From Strigamia acuminata (lineage: Eukaryota): DNA of 64,000 nt. Position 1 is the stretch's first letter. Every line of letters begins with the position of its first letter. A program made the translations under genes and the position numbers. The stretch covers positions 1,674,001-1,738,000 of the forward strand of contig OX442314.1 in NCBI GenBank assembly GCA_949358305.1. Direction: 5' to 3'. The notes under the pieces are model-generated. The model had not been told where the DNA came from, searched no databases, and saw only the letters and a list, made by a program, of their open reading frames with translations. Of this stretch, positions 10,976 to 24,290 are shown piece after piece.

Positions 10976-12127
10976 CAACAAGAACGAGATGCTCCGCCGT
11001 GTTTCTTTCCAGTTGGAAATAAAAACCAAACAGCTCGGACTCTACGTGAAATACAGAGCCGCAAAGTAAACAAATCAATTTTAAAATACAAAGTTTCTAA
11101 TTTTTTTATTTAACATATGTTTCCATTGTTTATTTTAATATTGCTAACATTTTTAGTATGCTGGACCCCGAGATTACCTGTAGTAACCAGGTTTGTGTGG
11201 TTTTCGTGGTTTATTCGCCATTGCTAATCAAATCAAAACATGTCAGTGACCACTAATAAATACATTATTTTTGTGCAAATTATAACTTACCCATGCACGA
11301 CAGAATTACGAGAAGCAAGATGATGGCTAGATATTTCATTTTCGACGAATAAAACAAGTTGGAGAAAAAAGTTGATTGGCAGCTTGTGCAAGATCTTGTT
11401 TGCAGGATGTGACAGTCATATTTGCGACAAGGTTTATATAGAAAGAAAGGTGTTTATATTTAATTGCTACGTATGAATGGAGTTTAATTATGTTCATTCA
11501 ATTCACTTCATGAGACACTAAATTTTTAATATTTTTTATTAATTGGAAATATGGAATGAATTGATTGCTGACTAACAGAATAAATATTGTATAGGAAAAA
11601 GAAAAATGCAATAAAACTATATTTGACACTAGGCAAGGTTGTCTTAAATTCGAGAAAATTTCGATTTTTAGCTTCACTGCAATGCTTCGAAATAATTGCT
11701 CGTTCTAAAACTAGAAATTTCAATTTCATGTTCATGAATAAACAAACGTGAAAATAAATGACATTTGATTCATGAAATAAAAATTGTTTGAAAAGTGAAC
11801 TTTTTTAGATTTGTTTTTATCTTTTTTCAATTAAATTAAAGCATTTGCAATGTGCATTCAATTTGTAGTTTTTGTCTATTTGTTGTATTGTGTTTAGTTC
11901 AAATTGCTGTGTTCGGCTTCACTGCATGTTTGTGTAGTGACCGCCATGTTGTCTTTGGGCGCTGTACCCCCAGCGCCACCTATGTATTTTGCATAACAGA
12001 ATAAATCACTTGTTAGTCTTAAGTCCAGCTTGACTGACCTTTATTTCCGACCACCTTCTACATGATAAATAATTAGTAAATACATACCACAAATATTGTC
12101 ACTAGTCGGCGCTATTATGCACGTATA

Positions 12128-12141
12128 GTTTCTATGGCAAC
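12128..12141. promoter_or_regulatory. RFX X-box-like motif GTTTCTATGGCAAC upstream of the zinc-finger gene
   Basis: Fits GTHNYY-AT-RRNAAC; about 400 bp upstream of the ATG; an identical copy lies at 19667-19680. Confidence 0.45.
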
Positions 12142-12538
12142 CTCCGTTTGCCCTATCTTATTGTATTTTGGTGTATCGCACTTTTTCCTTCTTCCTCGAG
12201 TCGATGCATGTTTATTACCTTTGAAAGGTTCCAAAGTGGAAGCAGAATAAGGTAAAGATAGGAGAATAGATAAATCACATTTTTTTTTTTATATTGTTGG
12301 ATTATTTTTCGGGATAATAAAGTTCGGCGCAATCGTGCATCAAACGTTAGGCCTAACTCGCCTAACTGAATTCGAACCATTAGCGGCGATACCCCGACTT
12401 TCCCAACCGCGTTTTTTTCTGTTTGGGATATATACGTACCAATATTTTTTAAAACGTGTCTGAATAAATTAATCATTTTCGAACTTAATTATTATTTTTT
12501 TTTACATTTCAGACTTCATTGTCGTTGAATTAAAAAAA

Positions 12539-13330
12539 ATGAAGAGAACTCGTGAGGATTACGATTGCAATCTATGTGATTATTCGTGTTCACGCTATTC
12601 ACTTTTGGAACAGCACATGCTTAGACACACTGGTGAAAAGCCGTTCAAATGTCAAATGTGTTCACTTTCATTTCGACTTAAAACTTACATGACTGTCCAC
12701 ATGCGAATTCACACTGGAGAAAAACCATTCAAGTGCCATTTGTGTGATTTTTCTTGCAATCGAAGTGGGGATTTAAGAAGACATCTATTAACCCACACAG
12801 GAGAAAAACCATTCAAGTGCCATTTGTGTGATTATTGTTGCAATCAAAATGGGACTTTAAAAACACATTTATTAACCCATTCAGGAGAAAAACCATTCAA
12901 GTGCCATTTGTGTGATTACTCCAGTGTTCAAAGTGGAACTTTAAGAAGCCATTTAACCAGACACACAGGAGAAAAACCATTCAAGTGCCATTTGTGTGAT
13001 TATTCTTCTAGTCGTCGTAAACATTTAAAAGGACATCTATTAACCCACACTGGAGAAAAACCTTTCAAGTGCCATTTGTGTGATTATTGTTCGAGTCAAA
13101 ATGGGAATTTAAAAACACATCTATTAACCCATACCAGAGAAAAACCATTCAAGTGTCATTTGTGTGATTATTCTAGTAATCGAAACGGGACCTTAAAAAC
13201 ACATCTATTAACCCATACGGAAGAAAAACCATTCAAGTGCCATTGTTGTGCTTATTCTAGCAATCATAGTGGCAATTTAAGAAGACATCTTTTAACCCAT
13301 AAGAAGAAAAAGCATTTTAAGCAGGAATAG
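12539..13330 (+). CDS. Tandem C2H2 zinc-finger protein (9 fingers, 263 aa)
   Basis: Nine CxxC-x12-HxxxH units joined by TGEKPF-type linkers; open frame. A splice acceptor at 12512 means upstream exons are possible. Confidence 0.92.
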   Translation: MKRTREDYDCNLCDYSCSRYSLLEQHMLRHTGEKPFKCQMCSLSFRLKTYMTVHMRIHTGEKPFKCHLCDFSCNRSGDLRRHLLTHTGEKPFKCHLCDYCCNQNGTLKTHLLTHSGEKPFKCHLCDYSSVQSGTLRSHLTRHTGEKPFKCHLCDYSSSRRKHLKGHLLTHTGEKPFKCHLCDYCSSQNGNLKTHLLTHTREKPFKCHLCDYSSNRNGTLKTHLLTHTEEKPFKCHCCAYSSNHSGNLRRHLLTHKKKKHFKQE

Positions 13331-13829
13331 AAATTTAAAATTGTTTGTTTCCTACATTCTGTTTATAATTCTTAAATTAAACGAATTCTGATTTTCGTTT
13401 TGTTTGTGCATTTCAGTTTTTAAAATAACATACTTATTACTTTGAATTCTTGACAAATAGAATTGTATATTTTATTCTCGGTTTATTTTAAACATGTTGT
13501 TGCATTGTAAATAAAATGTAAAAATTTCTTTCATGTTTTTGTATGTTCTGAATTAAATTTTATAACTTGAAAACGAGCAATTTCCAACTATCAAGATGAT
13601 TACATTTAGCTATAGGTGCTCAAATTAATATATTTACAAATATTAATTTTGATGTTTGATGGGAAAAACACAAAAAGTTTAATTTGTACAAATCACTTTC
13701 TGGGTAACTTGTGTGATCAGAGTGGAAAGAGTTGGGCTACTTCGGCCTAGATCAGCTTATAATCTTTTAGATTGTTGACTTCTCCCTAATATTGACCTAG
13801 GGCTCCTAATATTGACCTAGGGCTCCTAA

Positions 13830-14200
13830 TGTTGACCTTGGCCGTTTAATTTTTGGCGACCTGCACCGAGGCCCCCGCCGGTGGCACCTGCAAGGAAGCC
13901 CCCGCTGGTAGAACCTGCGCCAGACCCCTTTCGTTTTGCACAACCTGCGCCAGACCCGTTTCTCTTTGGACAACCTGAGCCAAACCCCGATCTTTTTGGA
14001 CAACCTGCTCCAAGGCCTCGACGTCGTCGTCGTCGTCATTAATTTTCCTCTTTGCCTTCAAAAGACGTCGTTGTCGCTGAGGGGAATTGTACAAAAATGA
14101 ATAATTAATTCTTATTATTTCTTATTGTTCTTTGAAGTTGATTGGTCGTCGTGTATTTTTGAATGGATATAAAGAAAATCATTTTCTTATTATTTTTTTA
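13830..14200 (+). pseudogene. Orphan 3' end (Pro-rich tail and 3' UTR) of a B-type RNF216-like paralog
   Basis: PWPFNFWRPAPRP..PAPDPF..PNPDLFGQPAPRPRRRRR is homologous to 25780-25950 (-). Confidence 0.75.
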
Positions 14201-15079
14201 TTTGTTTTTCTAACTTTATAAAATTTACGAAAGTGTTTCAGGAATTGTAGAGAATTCCTCCATTTTTCTATCAATTCGGAAGACAATCTTGCTGATTGCA
14301 GTTGAATTCATTTTTCTGCTTATTTGGATCAGACGAAACTAAAATGATTTTAAATTAAAAATTGAAAACGTTCCCTTGAAACTTCTCTGCATCGCACAAG
14401 GAATACTAAAATGTGGGATGTTGCGCAGGATTCACGCAAGATGCTTCCAGAATGCGCCGGTCTCTATTAGAAGGAAAAAAATCAGGATCTATTGGAGGAT
14501 TGGCGGTAATATTAACCCTTCTGAACACTCCGTTCAGTATGAGTGCAAAGCAGTCGTGGACTGACAATAGGGCAAGCTTGCCCAATAGCAAGTGGGCCTT
14601 GAGTGCCCCTCAAACATTACACACGTTAAACATTGATACAAGTTGCAATATTATAGTTATGGGTGGGGGTGACGAGCGATACCACTGGTTGTAAAACGGT
14701 TAATACTTCTTGCTTTTGGGTCAAGTTACACTCGTGCTAAATTTGGTTTATTTAAGGCTTGAATTGAAATAGATGGACAGCCATCCGGACTAGTGGTGGT
14801 CGTAAACGAGCAGCGCGTCTCGTCCATTGACATCTGCTGGTGCGTCATCTTGCTGCTTAAGAAAACAGAGAAATGAATTGATAAATTTTTAATTATAAAT
14901 TTAGAATTTAGAATTTAAAAATTAACCTTGACTCGTGTCAAGTATGGTTTAATTGCATTTTGCTTATTGTTACTCAGCTATCAATTCATTTTAATTAATT
15001 AAAATATTAAAATTTATTGTGCAGTGAAAGCAATTGAATAGAAACAATTGAATTCCATTCTATGTTCACAACGTCCTTG

Positions 15080-15900
15080 AATGCCAAAAAGAGTTCTCGG
15101 CGGGGGTCCGGGCGGGAGCACTGGCACGGTCCTGGCCGGAGGCCTGGGCTGGGCCAGTGCTCCCGCCCAGACCCCCAGACCCCCAGAACCGCCCAGAACC
15201 CTGCTCAGGCCGGTTGCGCCAGCGACACAAGTGGCGGACAACGCAGGTACTCGTCGTTTCGTTCGTGCGTCCAATTAACGACAACAATTGAATTTGACAG
15301 GCAACAAGATCAACCGGAAGAAGCGAGGCAACTCTTCGTCGTCGTCGTAATTTATTTTTCTCTTTGTCATCCAAGGACGTTGTGCACACAAACAAATATC
15401 AATCTTCTTCATTGTTTGTTCTTTGAAATTGATGGATTGATTGATTGATTGGTCGTCGTGTACATAAACAGAATTTCTATTTTACTTCCCACTTTTATTT
15501 TAAATTCAGAATAAATGACGGCAAACTCGATTTGGAATTTGACTTTATAATTATTTACATGATTAGCACTTCATATCTTCTCAATTGAATTTAATTTCTG
15601 CAGAAGAAGGAGGAGGAGGACTTTGAGAGCGAAATTTCGTCCGACGCTTGGAACTCGTGCATCGATTCAACAGAATGCGAATGTAGCGACGAGCAAAGTT
15701 TGTGTCGCTCGGACGAGAATGTTTCGTACGCCTCGACGACTCCAATTCCGACTACAGCGACGCCAACTCGGACGTTTTCTACTTCGACAACGACTTTGTT
15801 CTCAAATAATATCAAATAAAGTCAAATGTAAAACGATATACTAGTATGGATGGACTGCTTTATTTACTAGACCTTTAATAACAAAACTGCTGCAAAATTT
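15080..15900 (+). pseudogene. Orphan 3' end of an A/D-type RNF216-like paralog with a local inversion at its 5' edge
   Basis: RTLLRPVAPATQVADNAGTRRFVRASN*, 3' UTR and acidic exon match 7920-8600. Confidence 0.85.
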
Positions 15901-15996
15901 GGAAGAGAGAATAAAGCCAAGAAGATATTGCGCATCTTCACGTTACATCATCAGACGTGTGAAAATAAAACCGTTTGTCAACAAAAATTGAAGAAT

Positions 15997-16851
15997 TCAG
16001 ATAAAATTTCTCAATTTTGCAAATAAATATCTCAATTTTGCAAAGAAATATCTGAATTTTACAAAGAAATATCTCAATTTTACAAATAAATATTCTAAAC
16101 TAACGAGAACAAAAACTGTAGCTAAAGTAACAAATGAAATAATAATTATAATAAATAATAACTCTGGAATAAGAAAAAAAAAATAAGAAAAAAGAATAAA
16201 AATTAATAAAATTTTTGCAATTTTCTTCTTTTTCAGCCTTCCTTTCAACGTTTTCTCGACTTTTCTCTTCTCCTGCTTTAATTCACGCTGCACGCGCCTC
16301 AACTCCTTTTCCAATCTCTCGTTCTTTTTCTTCATTTTATCGCCGTCGCATGGACCTCTATCTCTCTCTCCGCTCCCGTTACTTTTGAACGTGAACAACA
16401 ATTCCCGGCTCGCTGTTTTCTTCCCTAAACAAACCGTGTCGCCATTTCTCAGTCGCGTGGCTCCGCGCGCCTCCAATTTCACGTCATTAATATAAATTCC
16501 AGTCCTGCTCTGTTGATTGTTAAAAAAAAATCATGAAATGATCAATAACACGCATTCTATCGTACATTATTATCCGCCACGTGCCACGCATCCCTACGTC
16601 TGGTAAATATTGCGTGAATTCGTGATACACACGGTGAATAGATGGTGAAATCGGCGTCGACGGCCCAACCAATGGTAAACTGAAGATGAAAACGACTCGA
16701 TTAAATTCGTTAAAACTCAATAAACAACTAATTTATTTACCAAATCCTTATTTAGGGCGATTATTTTGTCGACTACGTGTGTGGGAGCTTCTGGGCGAGT
16801 ACTTTTCTTGTACAAAACTAAAAGTGCTCCTAATTCTATTTTTGGATTCAT
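15997..16851 (-). CDS. FHA-domain plus coiled-coil protein or gene fragment. Exons 16851-16741, 16679-16566, 16509 onward; 3' end uncertain
   Basis: Spliced reading MNPKIELGALLVL..DL|FTIGWAVDADFTIYSPCVSRIHAIF..WHVADNN|SRTGIYINDVKL..LRNGDTVCLG follows the FHA motif pattern; phase-0 GT-AG introns. Confidence 0.7.
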
Positions 16852-17475
16852 TTTTTAATTCAGCTGTAGCTCGTGTGCTAAGACCACGCTTGGACGAACA
16901 CTACGTAGTGTTTGTCCAAGGACTACGTTAAACCACTTGTGTACGGACTTGCGACGTCGCTTCTTATCATGCGCCTTGCACGGAAGACGGAAGAAACTAC
17001 AGCAATCGCACAATCTATCACAACCGAGCAAACAATAAACAAACGTGACTACGGTAGTCTTGACATGCCACTTTGAAGTTTCAAACCGTTTGTCAAGAAA
17101 AATTGAAGAATTCAGATAAATACTTCAAAATAATCTCAATTTTACAAATAAATATTCTAAACTAATGAGAAAAAAAACTATAGCTTATTTAACAAATGAA
17201 ATAATAATTATAATAAAAAATAACTACAATTTTCTATTTAAATTGACCAACACTCGATACAGAGGTCGAAATAAAATCATTTTGGACTCCAACAAGCACT
17301 TTGAATGCCAAAACAGAGCATTGACTAAAAAAATGTTTTTAAATGCAGAAGTGTATACAGTAAATTGTTTTTTAGTGTCACCTAAAAGTTAGAATAATGT
17401 GCACAAATGCAAAATAAAGCAAAGAAATGTAGAACTCATGATGGTGAATGAAAGGCTTTAATTCAATGTTAAAGT

Positions 17476-19067
17476 TGTGACGGTTATAAAACCGTATTAT
17501 CCAATGTTCACGCTAGATGGCGCTGTTTATCCAACGCGCGCAGTTTAAACTTAAAGAAGTTATATTAAAGAATTAGTATAAACGTATAAATAAAATATAC
17601 AGTATTTTATTAGACTCAACTAAGTATTATTTACTTGAGATATTGATTCTATCGAATCAATATCACATTTTACTTACCATTTTGAAGAGAACCAATCGGA
17701 CCCTTCTGGACCAAGTCTTCTACTAGGTCCGGACTAAAGTGACCCACGAATCCATGGATTCTGACGTTTGATTGGCTGTCGCTAATCTTACTGTTCTCAA
17801 GAACTATATAAGCTCTGGTTTTCACCAGCGCAAACCCCTTGGCTTGATTCTGAATATGTTTATATTGTTTGTAGTTGAAATGCTGTTATCGCTTGATCTC
17901 ACTTTCCTATCGACACATCAGGCCTCCTCAGCTCTCAATGGATATGTATTTTTACTATCATGTTATTGCTTGTTGTAGGGCCCTTTCGGGAAGGCTAACT
18001 CCGGTAATAGACATGTTTCACACATGAAATGGCCCCGTAACGATAGCTTGCTGTTCCAAGGGACAGTTAGATTTCGTACGGTGGCTTAGTATATCGCTCA
18101 TGCACGGGATTGATTAACCCGTAGAACAAATATCAGACTATATGATCGGTGATAGTCACATCTATCTGCGCGATTCCTCGGTCATGGGTCAGATGCTCTG
18201 CCAGAGCATATACACGGGAAGTCGAACCCGTTTAACAAATATGGGCAAACCATATTCCCAGGGTTCCGGTGCAGTGCATTGGTCCTTCCGTTAAGTAGGC
18301 AAGACTTGTCTGAGGTCGGTAAAAGGCCTATTCATAGGCGACACACCGGGTTGGTAGCCCATGAGCAATTGCATTCATACCTTGCGCCAAACAAATACTC
18401 GGGTATTGGTAATGCCGATCTGGTAGTCCCCCAGGAACTGTTTACCCAGTGGTTGGTACCACTGAAAGTGACTTAACGCAGAAAACAAATACTCGGTGCC
18501 TGATCACGAGATCTTGTCGTCGTAAGGCATGCTGGCGGGTCGTAAGGCATGCTGGCCGATGGAGCCTCAACAACTCCCGCGATGGTCCCCTCGACTGTCG
18601 TGACTGTCCCCGCCCATAGAATAACAATATAACAATTCATTTGTTATATTACACTAATAATGTTTTGTTGATTTGAATACGGAATATTCTAATGAATATT
18701 CTCGACCAAATACGAAGGACTCTTCGTATTAATAGATATCCGAGCTGCGGGACCGAATACGTCTCCGTAGCGCTAACTGTGACGATGCTGTAAAGTCAAC
18801 CGCACCACTCAAACAGCATCGCCCGGATCCTCAACCAGTGTAGCCGCCGTTACACTTATCCAGAACCCCAACCCCAGTTGTAATGTTAATAAACATGTAA
18901 TGTACCACACTAAAATCGTAAGTTATTATATTTGATCACATATTCACGTTGTACAGACTTCCGTAGCTTATCTCGGTTAGGTTATTTCTAAGATTAGAAA
19001 TGTCTTGTTTAAACCTATTTATCTCTTATAATAGCTAATAAATTAGCCTAAAAGTAGAATCGTCACA
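17476..19067. mobile_element. Long solo LTR (1592 bp), Gypsy-type by TSD length
   Basis: Termini TGTGACG...CGTCACA; 4-bp TSD AAGT at 17472-17475 and 19068-19071; no coding capacity. Confidence 0.75.
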
Positions 19068-20149
19068 AAGTTAGTCCAAAAACTAATGTTTTTTCAGTAT
19101 TTTATGTTCAATTTAAGAGGGAATTAAATATTTGTAAACACAAGCATCGTCTTTTGTCTTTTCCATCTGAATAAGAATCAAAAGAGTGATCTTGTTCACC
19201 TTCGTGACGGTGACGCGACCCGGGTGTGTGTACGAACCGTCGTCACTTGGACGCGATAAGTCGTTAAGGGCGACAGCCCATTGATTGTGTACGAGCAAAT
19301 TGCCGAATCCACCGAATGATTTGTTTGTGGGAAATCTCACTTTGGCTCTCGTTCGTGGCCACGTAGCTAATCCTGTAATCGCTCGGGACGAACAAAAGCG
19401 GAGGACTACGATAGATTACTAAAATCTCACGTCAGTGGCATGATTTAAAAGAATTCTCAAATTTATTAAAACCTTTTGAGAAAAATTGGAGAAAAATTTG
19501 GATGAGTTGCAAAAATTTTTTCAAAAACAATTTGGGAAAATTAAATTTCACAAAACTAATTTTGACAAATTCGAGAAATTTTTAAAAAATATGCAATTAT
19601 TTCCTGTGTTGTTAATTGTTATTGGACTGCAGCGTTACTATGACTCGCTTCTGTTGCTATGCACTAGTTTCTATGGCAACCGCTGTTATCTTTGTCTTTT
19701 TCGTGCATCGAACGTTAGGCCTAACTCTAGTGGAATCGAGACTCCTTTCGACCACATTCGTTTTGATCAGGGTAAACCAAATGACTTGACAAAATATTTG
19801 TACATACATGAAAGCGATTTTAAATTGTTTTCTTCTCAAGTCAAATTCAATTTAAAAATGAAGGGTAAAGAGCTTGGTCGGAACGATTTTATTAAGTTAG
19901 CATGGCAGTCGATTCGAAATCCAAAGTAAAAAATTTTATTTATTTTTTATTTATTTAATTTATTTAATTTAATTTAATTTAATTTATTTTATTAAATTGA
20001 ATTATTTAGCAATCCACGTGAAACAAAAATGTTAGACGATTACGGTACTTCCGTGACCAAATCGCTCGACCAGTTCCGATTTTCCGAATTTGAGAAAATG
20101 TAGCAAAAGGGGCTGAACACTCAGTAAAGAGAGCCAAGATCATCGTGAG

Positions 20150-20215
20150 AAAAAAGGTGGTTTGTCCGACAGACCAAATGCTTGCTGACGTCATGACAAA
20201 GGCCGGCCTTATCTA
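20150..20215 (+). mobile_element. Tiny Copia RNase H C-terminal remnant
   Basis: Translates CPTDQMLADVMTKA, the typical Copia pol terminal motif. Confidence 0.55.
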
Positions 20216-21779
20216 TTGGACTTTAGTAAATTAATATTTAAACACGTTGCCGAGTGTCTCGGAACAAATAAAATATGGAATAAAGTAGATTCTTCTAATT
20301 TATCTTATGTGTCAAAGTTGCTCCAACAGAAACGGGCAAGAAGAAGGAAAGAACTAATTACAATCGCTGAAAGCGATTTTAAATTATGTTTTCTTCTCTA
20401 GAAGTCGAATTCAATTTGAAAATGGAGGAAAATGACCTCGATCGAAGTGATTTTAATGTCTTAGCGTGGCGTTTGATTCGACACCCGCTGTGACAAATTT
20501 TAGCTATTTTTTATTTATTTAATTTTAAACATTGAATTATTTAGGAATTCAGATGAAATATCCATGTTAGAAGATTACAAGAACTCGGTGAATAAATCAC
20601 GAGACAAGTTTGAACAAAAGCTGCGAGAGGAGAAAGAAAGAACTAATTACAATCGCTGACAGAACACAATTCAAAGGAAATTTTTTTTAGCAACTTTGAA
20701 TTCAAGAAACAGCAACAGAAATTGTGGTTTTGGTTTTCCAAGTGACCATTTAGATAAAGGAAGCAATTAAGTGACATTATTGTAGTCGATAAGCAAAATT
20801 CAGCATAATTCATGACATTTGGTATAAATGCTTCACTCTTAAATATTAGAGTGCAGTCCTAGAAATACCAACATTATTTCAACCAGAGCTCTCTTTTAGC
20901 ATGACCCAGGGGTGACCACAAGGAGGTAGAGAGTTGGATTTTACACCCCCATACTCAAATAACAATACAATATAACCAAAAGTCTAAAAATTCAAAAGAA
21001 TCATTAATTATCTCTGGGATTTCCTCGATTTTATCACAAAAACGAAAAACACTACTGGATAGGAGAGGAAAAACTAGACAAACTACAAAAAATATTCAAA
21101 TTCAAATGAAAATCCCTACAAAACGACAAAGAAACTTGGAAGAAGACAAAAACATACAATTTTAAATTTAGTCTGAAAAATGAGACAACCAGACGAGAGG
21201 AAAAAAAGTCATTTGCTGAGCCCATTGTAAATATTTTTTTCGGACTTGGATTAAACCTAAAATGTAATGGAAACAAGACACGTGGGATAAACTAATTTCA
21301 AATCCAACAGAAAAAAAGAATACCAAAGAATAACGAGTCAAAATTAGCTAAAATCAAACCAGTTCCTTGCTTATTGGTTGTATTTTGAGGCCTGACGAGG
21401 CACTAGACCAAATAAACACAAATAAATGCCATTTTGGTAAAAATAGAGCGAAAAAAAAGAGAAATACACATCAAATTCTATCACACACAAAATATTAACT
21501 AAAGCCAAAAGGTCGGTTTAAAAGCCAAACCTAATCCTTTGGTTGTGTGTCATTATCATCACGAAAACGAAAAGAAACACCGGAAAACCTCGATCGAACC
21601 GAACCGAATAGCACAAAGCACGAAATGGAATGAAGAAGAACACAAACACGTGCTGTTGCTAAGCGAAGGCAAAGCATCCCTATTGGTTGGAATCGACGTC
21701 AACAAATTTCTGTTAATAATAATTATTCCCACCAGCGTGACTCTGCAACACTCAATAAAAGCTAAAAATTAATTACATA

Positions 21780-22353
21780 ACTGAAATGAGAAATTCGATT
21801 TTTTCCAGGCGAAAAAATGTTTCCGTCGCCGTTAATGGCGTGGACACCTGAAAAGAAAATTTGTTTCTTCAGTTTTCGATTTCGTTTCAATTGACGACAG
21901 TCGACCGTAGTTCGGTTCGAAAGATTCCGGTGGGCCGGGGAAAAAGTCGTCCAATTTAAGATCGTTGGGTCCTTTGAGCGTGAATCCGAAACCTTTGGCC
22001 TCCCATTTCTTCCGGCGCAAATGTGGGCGAAGTAGAGCAGCTCGTTGGATCCGACCGCCGCTTCCTAATTTAATTTTCAATTAATTAATGTTTGTTTTGT
22101 TTGATTTTTAATAATAAACTCACTCCATTTTCGATGAGGGGGTTGGTGAACATGTTCTCCAACATATAGTCCATGTTGGCCATCCTCATGGCCGCTTTGT
22201 GTCCGAAAGTAAGAATAAACGGTCAAATGAGAGAGAAAATTCGAGAGTTGAAATTTACCGGTTTAGGAAAATGAGTCCGCGGATAATTTCGTACGGATTG
22301 CAGCGAGTCCTCGCTCGGCGCAGCTCTTCGGGCTCCAATGAATCGAAGACGAT
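21780..22353 (-). pseudogene. CMTR1: CMTR1 (cap1 2'-O-ribose methyltransferase) intron-containing pseudogene fragment
   Basis: Exons read [31 protein letters not shown] / AAMRMANMDYMLENMFTNP / [11 protein letters not shown](deletion, frameshift)[29 protein letters not shown] / [11 protein letters not shown]. The SAM-binding PGGFSEY segment is missing. Confidence 0.85.
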
Positions 22354-23662
22354 CTGAAATCAAGTTACGTCCACTTTTCACTACATTTTTAATCGAATTA
22401 GCTATCCGCATTTGCGTGTACTGCCGTCGTTATGGCCACTCAGGCTGGGTCGAATGACAGTGGCCAAGCGCGATGAGTCTTTCCTGTTGCACGAATGTCC
22501 TCGCTCGTTTCTTCCATGGTACGACGAAACCCGGGCTATCTCCGTCAATTCTTGAACAGAAGCTTTCGTTAGTCTCTGAAAACAGTGTTTGATCCGAATC
22601 GCAAGCTGTTGACGAGCAGTCCCATCAATTTTTACATTTCTACCACGTTCGCTTCTCGAGAAACGACGCCATTAACGGCCAATTCTAGTCTACGGAAAAG
22701 TATAGGCGACATTTCGCACTTTTATTTTAACTCGATAAAATATCTCTGATAATTTTTAACGTTAAAATTGATTCGATTTAAGCTTTTAAATAATAAATAT
22801 TTTTAAGAAATTATTAAACAGATTTGATTTATCAAAAATTTGTTATAGTCCTCCGTATATTTCAACGACGCTTTCAATTCAAATGATGATGACATCCGTC
22901 ACGAGATGTCTCGCCCGAATCGACTATGTTTTGGCGGTGCCATCGTCCTCGTAAATGATTGAAGAATGAATTTCTAGTGTATCGAGTGTTTTTTGGTTTA
23001 ATAAACGCGATTGAAAAGTTTAAATACAAAATATCTTTTGTGGTTGTGAAATATGTTTAAACTCGGGAGATCCGACAACGACTTTGTTCTCGAATAAAAT
23101 CAAATAAAGTCAAATGTAAAACGTTATATGGCTGGACTGCTTTATTTACTAGACCTTTACTAACAAAACAACCTGCAACTAAAGAGAAGAAATTGCGCAT
23201 CTTCACATTACATCAGTAGACGTGTGACAAAAATAAACAATGTAAACACATGTTAAATAAATAAAAAACATTGATTAGGAACTTTGTGTTTTAAAATTGA
23301 TTTGTTCACTTTGTGGCTCTGTATGTGTTTCACGGAGTTCGAGCGGTTTGGTTTTTATCTTCAACTGGAAATATGGATGCGCATAACGTTTTTGTTGGTC
23401 GAATGGTTGCGACCGATCGAGAGCGCTTCAACTAAAAGTTTTAAACTTTTACCAGTCAGCTGGTCAAAACAAAGTGTTTGCTGATTGTTTTATACAGTAA
23501 TTAATAGCTAAAGGTTGGTTTTTCGAAAGGAACTTAAATTAACAAGCTTCAAATTGATTAAGCGCTGCCCTCGAATAAGAGCCTTGGCTAAGCAAGCAAG
23601 AATACCGTGGTGTCGTGACAATACGGTATTTGTTTGTATTTAATGTAACGAATGTCAAGCAC

Positions 23663-24290
23663 ATCGAAGAGAAATTGTTCGTCGAGATGGAAGACGGAAT
23701 CAAAGGTGTGTAGCTTTTAAAAACAAAAATGGTGGCATGTAATGACATTTAATTCCACTTCTAGAATTTAAAAAGTACAAGGAAACGGAGCGCCAGATAA
23801 AAATCGCAACGGTGGAGGAAAAGAACAAACTGATGACGTGAAATTGCTGCTCATCCAAGACATGCATCAGTGCTCCGACAGACACTTGTTCTGCGCAACC
23901 GGTACTTGGCACCACGCCGAGGTGCACATCGGCCAGGAAAAGCACCAGTTCCCGTGCCTCGACCTATACTGCAAGAGCGAGTTCCCACCGATCATGGTTC
24001 AAAACGTTTTACCGCCCGAGGTATTCTCCAACGTCGTGCGCAAGATTCAGGAGGAGGAGATCCAGCGCGCCGACATTCCGGACCTCGAATGGTGCCTGCA
24101 CCACCATGCCAGACGCCAACGTCAAGATCTTCCGCTGCCTCAACCCGGAATGTCTCAAAGTGACATGCAGATTGCAAACAACTAAACCACCTTCCGCTAA
24201 GTTGCAATGAGATCGATGCGCCAGATTCAGGGGTAGGAGATCCAGCGTGCCGACATCCCGGACCTCCAATCGTGTCCGCACTGCTCCTTC
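23663..24290 (+). pseudogene. RNF216-like fragment, inverted duplicate of 9900-10520
   Basis: QCSDRHLFC..FPCLDLYCKSEFPP..; same deletions as the 9.9-10.5 kb fragment. Confidence 0.85.

Noticed and set aside
14376..14694. Short ORFs on both strands
   Set aside because: No recognisable motif or splice context.
17511..17524. CTCF-like motif CGCTAGATGGCGCT in the solo LTR
   Set aside because: A single short motif match with no functional evidence.
19113..19440. GC-richer exon-like segment on the minus strand
   Set aside because: It could be another gene fragment, but I cannot identify it without a search.
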